Source: a virus. Taken from it: a stretch of 64,000 bases of DNA. The stretch covers positions 32,001 to 96,000 of the IMG/VR virus record IMGVR_UViG_3300035703_000021; one strand, 5' to 3'. This document shows positions 56,602 through 64,000 of the stretch, one piece after another (positions within the stretch are counted from its first letter, which is position 1; each line of letters begins with the position of its first letter). A program made the translations under genes and the position numbers. The notes below the pieces were generated by a model. That model worked only from the letters and a program-made list of their open reading frames with translations, did not search any database and was not told the DNA's origin.

Positions 56602-58872
56602 TTAGAATGTGTGAACAAAGAGATTTCCGTCGGCGATGAAGTAGTTCGGACGGAGGATGGAGAGGCTGCCGCCAAGAAACTCGACGGTGTCTGTCAGTGT
56701 AAGGCCAGATATAGTATTTAGAAGGATCGAGTTGGTTCCGACGTCCAGTCCCACAATGGGATACGCGTTGTTCTGATTCCACCCCGCCAGGTTAGTGTTC
56801 GAGAACCCACTGATGATGAGTCTATCACTCTGGGAAACGTTGCTCTCACCGTAGATCTGAAAGCCAAGGATATCGCTGGAATTGCGAAGTCTGATGGCCA
56901 CATACTGGCTGGTGCCGATGGTGACCTGACGGATAGACAGCGGGCGAAAATCACCGATTAGCACGTTCCCTTTAACCTCGTACATGTAACCGTTTGGATT
57001 GTCCAGATTACCAGTGGCCAGCACGATCTTGCCACCCACGCTCAGATTGGCTGTTCCTCCGGGTAGAGTAAGGGAGAAGATACCAGCTTCCAGCTGATCA
57101 GCTGTCTGCAGCACTCTGAAAGAACCTGCCGCTGTTCCGGTTTTCACGCCCTCGGCGTTAAGCCCGTATATGAAGGCTTCTACGCTATCTTTAGAGATAC
57201 CAACTGACTCCCCGCCGTAGGTCACGGTCATGTAGATGGGGTCTAAGGAGTATCCCTTTCTGACCTCGATGGTCGCCCTACTGTACTCGTTGTTGTACGT
57301 ATCGATCGAGCGGATGATGGAGTCATTGTCGCTGTACGCCAGGTTGCCCTGTGCGTTCCACTGGCTCGAGGTCTCCAGCACAAGCCCGCGATCACCACAA
57401 CCTCGGATAATGTTGCTGTTGATAGTGCTGTACTCCGTGCTGATGATCTGAGGCCCTGTAGTAGCAAACTCCATCAGGTTGCCCTGGGCGATGACGCTCT
57501 CGCTGGTATCTACCAGAAGCGGAGACACCGCCTGCTCGTAGGATCTGCCCGTTCTAACAATCTTATTATTGAGAAGGCTTATGCCCTTGGAGTTGTAGAT
57601 CGCGACTCCACCTCCACCATTATCGACTACCGTGCAGTCTGACACAACCACGTCATCGGCATTGCGAACCAGAAGAGTTACCTCCGAAGTCACAGGGGAA
57701 GTCAGAGAGAACGACTCGTTGCGATTGCCATCGAGTGCAACCGATCTGATTCTCAGGCCAGAGATTCTGGGCGTCACCGATTGGCCCGTGAAGTTGATGA
57801 GTCCTGAGGCCGAAGGGTTCGCCAGAGTGGACGGAAGTCTGCGAAGTACGGACCCTCCACCGACTCCTCTAATGGAGATGTTGGAGTAGTCGATCTCTGC
57901 AGTGTTACTAAAGGAACTGTCCCTCATATTATACACGCCAGCGGGCAAGAACACCTCCTTGATCTGGCTTGCTGAAGCTAGGTTGATGGCCTGACGGATA
58001 TACTTGGTGTCGTCGATGGTAAATCTCACGGTGTTCCCGATCGCCATCGAGCTGCTGGGTGAGAGGTTTTTGCACTGAATATACGCTTGCTGTGTCCCCT
58101 CGGCGATCGGAAGGATCTCCAAAGTCTCCTTCGACGTCATCTTCTTCACCAGAGCTACCTCTCCGGCTCCTGTAGCGAACAGGTCGGACATGTACGAGGG
58201 AACTTGCGCTTCCAGCTCCCACGCCGGAATCTCAGTGGGGCCCAAGTCCCTGAATATGAGCGCTCCTGCTCCGGGGTAACCGATCTTGTTGTTTCCGATC
58301 ACGCCGAGAAACTCCACCCTGTTGCCCCAGACCCTGTAGATGATCGGAAGCACGTACTGAGAAGTCCTGGAAAAGCTCAGTTGGACGTACTGCTCCGTGT
58401 TCCAGAGATCCGGATTGAGAATCTTCGACCCTACGTTGGCGTTTGGTCTGACAATGTAGGAGTTGCGGTAGCTTGGAATCACACCTTTGCTCGCGTTGTA
58501 CCCGAACACGTAGTACGTCAGAGGAGCGAGATTGGCATTGGTAACGGTGGAGGTGGAGAAGTCAACATTTCCAGCTACCACGTGGCCTGTCACGGTAAGA
58601 TTTGCCGTTTCAGGCAGAACGTTAGTGCTGTAGCTAAATGCCTGGATCTCTACTCCCCCTTTGAGGATATCTAGGTACTGAAACAAGGTACCTCCAGAGC
58701 CGTCCGTTATGTTGCTGATAGTGACCGTATCCCCACTTATGTTGGATACGGTACCAGTAAACTCGAGTTCTCCACGCCCAGACGCTCCGATATTTCTCGC
58801 GTTGATATACGCGTTTCTATCCTCCGGGACTTGTACAATGACCTCTGAGGTCAGTTGTGGAATGTAGCGCAT
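56602..58872 (-). CDS. Tailspike-like protein with a right-handed beta-helix (pectate-lyase-like)
   Basis: DDTKYIRQAI...VFLPAGVY...IRGVG, LDGN and repeated I.NN.I turns. Confidence 0.75.
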   Translation of the reverse strand: MRYIPQLTSEVIVQVPEDRNAYINARNIGASGRGELEFTGTVSNISGDTVTISNITDGSGGTLFQYLDILKGGVEIQAFSYSTNVLPETANLTVTGHVVAGNVDFSTSTVTNANLAPLTYYVFGYNASKGVIPSYRNSYIVRPNANVGSKILNPDLWNTEQYVQLSFSRTSQYVLPIIYRVWGNRVEFLGVIGNNKIGYPGAGALIFRDLGPTEIPAWELEAQVPSYMSDLFATGAGEVALVKKMTSKETLEILPIAEGTQQAYIQCKNLSPSSSMAIGNTVRFTIDDTKYIRQAINLASASQIKEVFLPAGVYNMRDSSFSNTAEIDYSNISIRGVGGGSVLRRLPSTLANPSASGLINFTGQSVTPRISGLRIRSVALDGNRNESFSLTSPVTSEVTLLVRNADDVVVSDCTVVDNGGGGVAIYNSKGISLLNNKIVRTGRSYEQAVSPLLVDTSESVIAQGNLMEFATTGPQIISTEYSTINSNIIRGCGDRGLVLETSSQWNAQGNLAYSDNDSIIRSIDTYNNEYSRATIEVRKGYSLDPIYMTVTYGGESVGISKDSVEAFIYGLNAEGVKTGTAAGSFRVLQTADQLEAGIFSLTLPGGTANLSVGGKIVLATGNLDNPNGYMYEVKGNVLIGDFRPLSIRQVTIGTSQYVAIRLRNSSDILGFQIYGESNVSQSDRLIISGFSNTNLAGWNQNNAYPIVGLDVGTNSILLNTISGLTLTDTVEFLGGSLSILRPNYFIADGNLFVHTF

Positions 58873-58889
58873 TTGTTTTAACCTCTTTT

Positions 58890-59072
58890 CTAGCTTTCAA
58901 CAAAAAATCTTCCGAGGAGCGGGTGGGAGTCAAGTCCCGACTCGCGGATCTCTTCCAGAGATTTTTTGTACTCAGCCTCTAGACCCTCGGAGTTTTTAAG
59001 AGCGTTGAGTTTATCCTCGATCTGGTGGGGATCCGGGTACTTGCCGTCGATCCTGTATATATCAGATATCAT
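58890..59072 (-). CDS. Hypothetical protein (60 aa)
   Basis: Coupled ORF within the operon. Confidence 0.55.
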   Translation of the reverse strand: MISDIYRIDGKYPDPHQIEDKLNALKNSEGLEAEYKKSLEEIRESGLDSHPLLGRFFVES

Positions 59073-59511
59073 AAGTGGTCAACGGGGTGTGCAGAGTGTA
59101 CGAGAGTAGAGCGTCAAGGGAGTTGACGGCGGAGCTATCGTGCCAGACGTAGAGTTTATCACCCTCCTTAAGAGTGATCTTGTTCCCGCTGATAATATCA
59201 TAGGAGATATTAGGAGGAAGATTAAGACCGTTGAGGATGTAAGCGGTGGTGGAACCGTTGGTTACTTTTGCGAAAACACCGATATTAGAGGCCGTTTTAT
59301 TGCAGACCAGAAGTGAAGTCACCAGAGCGAATCGCTTCTGGTAGTCGTATTGCACACCGGCTGTAACAGGCACATCGATCATAAGCCCGGCGGTAGCTCC
59401 CTCAACGTTTGTAGGGGAGGCTAGTTTGTTTGTGGAAACGTTAGAGGGGAGAAACATAGCTCGATTAGCTCCAAAGGATAGAGTTAATAAATTGTGAGGC
59501 GTGAAGGCCAA
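59062..59511 (-). CDS. Small putative virion protein
   Basis: LVCN...GNKITLKEGDKL beta-sandwich motif typical of cyanophage virion proteins. Confidence 0.6.
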   Translation of the reverse strand: MAFTPHNLLTLSFGANRAMFLPSNVSTNKLASPTNVEGATAGLMIDVPVTAGVQYDYQKRFALVTSLLVCNKTASNIGVFAKVTNGSTTAYILNGLNLPPNISYDIISGNKITLKEGDKLYVWHDSSAVNSLDALLSYTLHTPLTTYDI

Positions 59512-59773
59512 TAATGTCAGCCCGGCGAATTACCGAGTAGGCTGTGATGGGTTCGGATTCGACCTCCACAGCGTTACGCCCGAGAACGAGAGGTACCTCG
59601 GTGCCAAATCCGTCCTGGATACGCCCCTGGTTTCTAAGAGTTAGATTACCCGTGCGCCGAGCAGGAATGAAGGAGATAGCTACACCATCAGTATCCGGCG
59701 AACCGGTTACGTTAGTGAGAATAACGTTGTTAAACGTTTTTGATATTTCAAAATCTTTGATGTTGAGCGCCAT
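59465..59773 (-). CDS. Hypothetical protein
   Basis: ORF preceded by GTTTAAAG (59816-59823). Confidence 0.55.
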   Translation of the reverse strand: MALNIKDFEISKTFNNVILTNVTGSPDTDGVAISFIPARRTGNLTLRNQGRIQDGFGTEVPLVLGRNAVEVESEPITAYSVIRRADIIGLHASQFINSILWS

Positions 59774-59845
59774 CAGGTAATAAACCTCAGATTTCTAGTT
59801 TATAGGTCTTAGTAACTTTAAACAAATCCTCAGGAGATGTAAACA

Positions 59846-60007
59846 ATGGGTAAGAAAGAACTAGCGACTTTAGTCGATGCCTACGCTGACGCTAAAGCGT
59901 CCGGAAATAAGCACCTTATCCAGAGCATGATCGCCCAGCTCGAGGCCGCTCTGGACGAGATCTTCGGTAAGGAGCCTGATGTCGAAGCCGAGACCGACGA
60001 GGATTGA
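59846..60007 (+). CDS. Small acidic hypothetical protein (53 aa, MGKKELATLVDAYADAK...)
   Basis: Hand-translated; AGGAG upstream. Confidence 0.6.
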   Translation: MGKKELATLVDAYADAKASGNKHLIQSMIAQLEAALDEIFGKEPDVEAETDED

Positions 60008-60028
60008 AGCTAACGGAATCCTCCACAG

Positions 60029-60388
60029 ATGAAGATCACAAGGCTTAGAGGCGGTAACTCCCAGTTCCCCGACGAGAAGGAGATCGGAGACGTAGTGCTG
60101 TTCGCGCTGGGAGATGTATTCTGCTGGGATGGCGGGATGTGGCAGCTCGTGGGAGGAAGATTTGTCCCAGTGGCGATGAGAGAGAGTTTTATCTCCTACG
60201 TTTCCAATGGGTGGCCGAGTGCTAATGACGCACGTTTCGACCTACCGACTCTGCTTGATCTGTCCGTGTTCACGGACTACGGTCCCTACGACGTTGTCCC
60301 TGCGGACAAAAAGATGATCGAGAAGTTCGTCAAGAGAGTCGTAGAGGTCGCTGAGAGGTGCGAGAGAAATCTCCAAGCTCAGAACTAA
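60029..60388 (+). CDS. Hypothetical protein
   Basis: ORF followed by a terminator. Confidence 0.55.
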   Translation: MKITRLRGGNSQFPDEKEIGDVVLFALGDVFCWDGGMWQLVGGRFVPVAMRESFISYVSNGWPSANDARFDLPTLLDLSVFTDYGPYDVVPADKKMIEKFVKRVVEVAERCERNLQAQN

Positions 60389-60395
60389 ACGTACT

Positions 60396-60448
60396 AAAAG
60401 AGCGACGCTCCATCCGAACAGAGGATGGAAACATCGCCTTTTTTTTTT
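60396..60448. terminator. Terminator between convergent genes
   Basis: TCCATCC-GAACAGA-GGATGGA core stem, extended by GCGA/TCGC and followed by T10. Confidence 0.7.
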
Positions 60449-60468
60449 GCCGACTTTAGGAACAGAGC

Positions 60469-60810
60469 CTACCAGGGAGTACCGGACGCTCTGGACGGAA
60501 AGGCTTGCTCGTCGAGTTGGAGCGTGAGCGCCGCCTCAATCTCAGCCACCTTCTCGATGCCTCCTAGGGCTTCCTGGGTCCACTGCAGGACGAGTTCTGG
60601 GGTGAGTTCGTTGTAGGGTACGAAATCCTCAGACTCCGGATCACCCGCGGGTAAGCCAATAGAGCCGTAGGTGGAGGAGGTTAGAACCGCGCCGCCATCT
60701 CCTTCACGCGTAGCGGTAACGATCCAGTGGACGGAGTAGACCTCGCCCGAGGGAAGATTACGATCTAGCGAGGCAATACCCCAAGTAAAAGTGTCTTGAG
60801 CCGCTGTCAT
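60469..60810 (-). CDS. Conserved phage protein (tail-fibre associated)
   Basis: TWGIASL...VHW...FVPYNELT..VLQW...GTPW, a common phage family pattern. Confidence 0.65.
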   Translation of the reverse strand: MTAAQDTFTWGIASLDRNLPSGEVYSVHWIVTATREGDGGAVLTSSTYGSIGLPAGDPESEDFVPYNELTPELVLQWTQEALGGIEKVAEIEAALTLQLDEQAFPSRASGTPW

Positions 60811-60816
60811 GGTGGA

Positions 60817-61026
60817 TTAAGCGGTAGCTTCGGCGGTCTCAGCGGCCTCGGCACTGAAATCCCCAGCATCATCTTCGGGGAGTTGAAGGGCCATAGCCTC
60901 CACCGCGCCCTGAAGCTTGAGCACGAGGGTCTCGCGTTGAGCCAGAGCCTGGCGAAGTTGAGCGAGTTCACCCTGGGCTTTTTCCAGCTGGGCGGTGAAA
61001 TTTTCTTTGAGTTCTTTGGGGTCCAT
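60817..61026 (-). CDS. Small coiled-coil protein
   Basis: LKLQGAVEA heptads; TGATATAAT at 61047-61055. Confidence 0.65.
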   Translation of the reverse strand: MDPKELKENFTAQLEKAQGELAQLRQALAQRETLVLKLQGAVEAMALQLPEDDAGDFSAEAAETAEATA

Positions 61027-61084
61027 AGTTTTCTGCGGAGGATACTATTATATCACATAGATACTTAAACCGAGCGAGCAGTTT

Positions 61085-61789
61085 TTAGCGAGAAGCGTCG
61101 AAAGCGCAGTGGGACCTGATCCCGTCCGCTAGCACGTAGTGAAAGAACACCTGGTGATAGTACGTGGTGGTTGCTTTGTCTCCGAAGTCTCTGGGGTAGG
61201 GCATTGGATCCCTCCAGTGGGGTCTCTCGCACCCCTTATACACCATACCATCTCCAGGGGAGAGAATAACGGACCGATTCTCGCCACGCTTGGCGATAGC
61301 GGTCTTCTCCTCGTCCGTGTAGGTGTCGGGTGTTTTGATGTGAATCGGCCACGGATCCTCGACATTGGAGCCGATGTGCACCGTCACCGATATCTCGCAG
61401 GCGTCACGGTCAGCGTGGCGAGCCAGCGCCTGGCCGGGGAAGTAGAAACGATCGTAGTAGTAGGTGTTGTAGAGCTTGCGCCCTATCTCCTTCTCGAGTT
61501 TTAATCTGATCTCTGAGTGAATGGAGCGGTACTGCGGATGCCAGTAGCAGGCGTGAGATCCCTCCACTTGCGCCTCGACTTCCGTGTAAGTGTACTGATC
61601 GAGTTTCTTCCCCCAGTAGTTGACCTGGCCCCTTCTGTCGGGGACCGGGCGGTGAAGCTCCTGCGGATCGTATAGATCTTTCAGTACCAGGTAACCGTCG
61701 GCATCAAACTGAGGGTTTCGTGTCCAAGACGTCCCCGAGTTCTTTCTCTCCTGCTCGAAGAGTGCCTCCTCTGTCATGTGCTCTGCCAT
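61085..61789 (-). CDS. 2OG-Fe(II) oxygenase-like protein
   Basis: RHADRDACEISVT (HxD), PGD...Y.G, HWR and QVFFHY; start ATG 61789 overlaps the upstream TGA. Confidence 0.8.
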   Translation of the reverse strand: MAEHMTEEALFEQERKNSGTSWTRNPQFDADGYLVLKDLYDPQELHRPVPDRRGQVNYWGKKLDQYTYTEVEAQVEGSHACYWHPQYRSIHSEIRLKLEKEIGRKLYNTYYYDRFYFPGQALARHADRDACEISVTVHIGSNVEDPWPIHIKTPDTYTDEEKTAIAKRGENRSVILSPGDGMVYKGCERPHWRDPMPYPRDFGDKATTTYYHQVFFHYVLADGIRSHCAFDASR

Positions 61790-62409
61790 CACTTCCACCT
61801 CGGTCCGACTACCCAACCGACAAGGCTCTTACGTGTCCCTTTTGTGACTTTGACAACGCGATGCTGAGTTCGGGAATCGAAGACTACAACTGTTCCGCGC
61901 TTTCTGGGAGCGAAGTAGGACTTTCCGTCCTCGGCGAGGAGCTGGAGATTCCCGCCCTCGTAGTCATCGGGGTCAGAGAGCTGGATGACGAAGGAGAGCT
62001 TCCTCACCAACTCCAGTTTCTCGTTGAGGTAGTCCTGCGTTCTGCCCTCGTGGTGGTTACCGACGCTTACGGGCTTGTAGTGCCCCGAGATACCGGCGTC
62101 ATTATGCCAGCCGTAGAACTCACCGACATCGTACTGGGTAAATTGCATGGCCTCCCCATCGATGTTCCGTATGTCGTAGAGGAAGTTCTCGCGATTAGCC
62201 CTCTCGATGTAGTGCCACGCGAACCCGGCGGTCCAGTGAGTTGTCGGGACCCAGGCGTTCTTCGAGTTTCTCTTGTCGCGATTCAGAGCGTCTCCCATAA
62301 GCTTGGAGTCGCCCATCTGGTCTTGGAAATTCTCCGTGAGGCTTTTTTCGATGCTTTCTACAACTTCTTTTGGTATGTCACTAAAATACCAAGTTGACTG
62401 ATATGCCAT
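61789..62409 (-). CDS. 2OG-Fe(II) oxygenase (prolyl-4-hydroxylase-like)
   Basis: YGWHND, RKLS, YEGG and HRV...GTRKSLVGW; TGGTATAAT at 62437-62445. Confidence 0.9.
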   Translation of the reverse strand: MAYQSTWYFSDIPKEVVESIEKSLTENFQDQMGDSKLMGDALNRDKRNSKNAWVPTTHWTAGFAWHYIERANRENFLYDIRNIDGEAMQFTQYDVGEFYGWHNDAGISGHYKPVSVGNHHEGRTQDYLNEKLELVRKLSFVIQLSDPDDYEGGNLQLLAEDGKSYFAPRKRGTVVVFDSRTQHRVVKVTKGTRKSLVGWVVGPRWK

Positions 62410-62451
62410 AGATTCCGCGGTTAGTAGCGTAAACCTATTATACCATAAGTG

Positions 62452-62850
62452 TTACTGCGCTGGGGTGGTCATAATCACCCACTCCTGGGAGTCCTCGTTC
62501 CACTCGTAGTAGTTTCCGGCGATCCTCTGCTCCTCAGTGAGCTCGGGCTGTGGGGTAGGTGGATCCCACTCGAAAGTCTCGGTATTTAGTACCCACGAAG
62601 AATAGGGTCGGGGGAATAGAAACACGTCGTGCTCCACGTTATAGACCATTCCTATCCCGGCGTAGCGATACCTGAAATTGTTGTTATACGACGTCTGGAT
62701 CCACATCGTCGCGGGGCCATGTACAGATCTAAGGTACTGCACTCCGAGCTCCTCGTTTTCGTCCCCGTTCTCGTCGAGGATATCCTCGTTTCTCACAACC
62801 GAGACACGCATAACAGTGTTGTCGTAGTCGATCTGCGCAAAGTGTGCCAT
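62452..62850 (-). CDS. Conserved phage hypothetical protein (MAHFAQI family)
   Basis: WIQTSYNNNFR..YAGIG, PYSSW and WDPP motifs; usually follows glycine-rich tail genes. Confidence 0.7.
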   Translation of the reverse strand: MAHFAQIDYDNTVMRVSVVRNEDILDENGDENEELGVQYLRSVHGPATMWIQTSYNNNFRYRYAGIGMVYNVEHDVFLFPRPYSSWVLNTETFEWDPPTPQPELTEEQRIAGNYYEWNEDSQEWVIMTTPAQ

Positions 62851-62865
62851 ATAAATTTTACCTCC

Positions 62866-64000
62866 TTATTCTGGGTATTGGATAATGACAATTCCTGGCC
62901 CACCGGTCCCTCCAAATAGCCCCGGAGCACCGCATCCACCTCCTCCTCCGGTGTTTGCCTGTGCCTGAGTGGGACTCAACGGTCTACCAGCACCACCACC
63001 TCCAGCCAATGGTGCAGGGCCTGCGGGCCAACCACCTCCACCACCAGCAAAATATCTTTGCCCAGCTACAGGCCCGGGCGTTCCGTACGCGGGCGGAGAT
63101 ATAACCGAGTACCATCCAGTACCTCCTACTAATGGACCACCGGGGCTTCCGCCAGCACCTCCGCCTGCGCCTCCGCTAACAGCTGCCGGGAATCCCACTG
63201 GTCCACCATTATTGCCTTGAGTGCCCAAGCTATCCGGCGAAGTCGGTGTTGCAGAACCGTTGCCACTACCGCCGGGAATGGCAGGCTTAGCGCCTCCGCC
63301 GCCTGAACCACCAGATCCGCCGGTGACTACAGTAGCAGTAGGACCTGCATTGGCCCCTCCACCACCACCGTAAGCGATAATTTGCGTAGGGCCTGGGGCA
63401 CCGATAGTTGTTGGAGTGCCCGCAGCAGCCGTTCCTCCGGCAGTTCCACCAGGATTTCCTCCGGAGCCTATAGAAATTGGATAAGGCCCGGCGCCCACGG
63501 GCATCTGCTCTCCAACTCGGACGGAGTACCCGGGGTTCCAAGGATGTGAATTGGTCGGTACGGCAGTGGTGGTATCAGAAGCTTGAATAGAAGTCACAAA
63601 TCCACCGCCGCCACCACCACCACCAATTCCAGGTCCTACTCCTCCTCCTCCTGCTCCACCTCCTCCCACGGCGAGGTAATCAATCCACTGAAGGGTCGGG
63701 TCCGTAATCGTGAAAGTTCCTGGCGCGGTGAAGATGTGCCTCCAGACTCCGGGATGGTTGGGGTCTGTGCTTGGTTCAATGATTCCTCCCGTCGCTCTCT
63801 GGTAGGGCGCCACTTTTTTATATCTTATACAGACAATCCCTGAGCCGCCAGTAAACCCAGTGTTTGATCCACCGTATCCGCTGTTAGCCGGTGACGTTCT
63901 AGATGCAGGTGCTGGAGTCGGGAATCCCCATCCACCAGCAGAGTAACCACCGGAAGAGACCAACGGATTCCATCCGGGTAGAACGCCTGGGGAAATCGCT
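62866..64000 (-). CDS. Glycine-rich tail protein, 5' end outside the window
   Basis: Frame open to the window edge; ATGG...HIFTAPGTF, YLAVGGGG and GGSGIVxIRY repeats. Confidence 0.75.
   Translation of the reverse strand, partial: AISPGVLPGWNPLVSSGGYSAGGWGFPTPAPASRTSPANSGYGGSNTGFTGGSGIVCIRYKKVAPYQRATGGIIEPSTDPNHPGVWRHIFTAPGTFTITDPTLQWIDYLAVGGGGAGGGGVGPGIGGGGGGGGFVTSIQASDTTTAVPTNSHPWNPGYSVRVGEQMPVGAGPYPISIGSGGNPGGTAGGTAAAGTPTTIGAPGPTQIIAYGGGGGANAGPTATVVTGGSGGSGGGGAKPAIPGGSGNGSATPTSPDSLGTQGNNGGPVGFPAAVSGGAGGGAGGSPGGPLVGGTGWYSVISPPAYGTPGPVAGQRYFAGGGGGWPAGPAPLAGGGGAGRPLSPTQAQANTGGGGGCGAPGLFGGTGGPGIVIIQYPE

Noticed and set aside
61085-62409. 2OG-Fe(II) oxygenases as TET/JBP-like 5mC oxidases completing the cytosine pathway
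   Set aside because: Motifs match the common cyanophage prolyl-hydroxylase-like families found beside tail genes, not TET/JBP; they are not linked to the MTase.
62866-64000. Repetitive CCACCACC/CCTCCTCC tracts (also at about 16500-16900)
   Set aside because: Explained by glycine-rich coding sequence, not a repeat array or diversity-generating element.
1-64000. CRISPR arrays, tRNAs and stop-codon reassignment
   Set aside because: No spaced direct repeats or cloverleaf/TpsiC signatures were noticed by eye; TAA, TAG and TGA all end full-length genes. A tRNAscan run would be needed to be sure.

Overview
This 64-kb window comes from a large tailed dsDNA phage, most likely a myovirus-type cyanophage. 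Host evidence includes a tandem glnA-type glutamine riboswitch, a Mo-nitrogenase-C-like ORF, PhoH, cyanophage-type 2OG-Fe(II) oxygenases and a SigF/SigB-like sigma factor. Bases 1-16 kb hold replication and nucleotide-metabolism genes: SF3 helicase, 5'-3' exonuclease, a ThyA-family enzyme, a C5 methyltransferase, an all-alpha dNTP pyrophosphatase, nrdA/nrdB, three HNH proteins and a phosphoesterase. Bases 16-64 kb hold mostly tail, baseplate and virion genes plus terL, thioredoxin, sigma factor, a dNMP kinase and phoH. Main signals: (1) the ThyA homologue has Asp at the Asn specificity position, the dCMP-modifying signature, and co-occurs with a dCTPase/dUTPase-like gene and a dNMP kinase, suggesting a cytosine-substitution pathway; (2) a tandem glutamine riboswitch precedes an unannotated 39-aa peptide weakly similar to glutamine synthetase inactivating factors; (3) shared N-terminal leader motifs on unrelated proteins, including HNH nucleases; (4) two promoter classes, TGnTATAAT and a recurrent GTT(T/G)AAAG; (5) a baseplate hub carrying amidase, circularly permuted M23 and lysozyme domains, an NrdA-glutaredoxin fusion and an LRR virion protein. 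All calls come from reading motifs by eye; no database searches were run.
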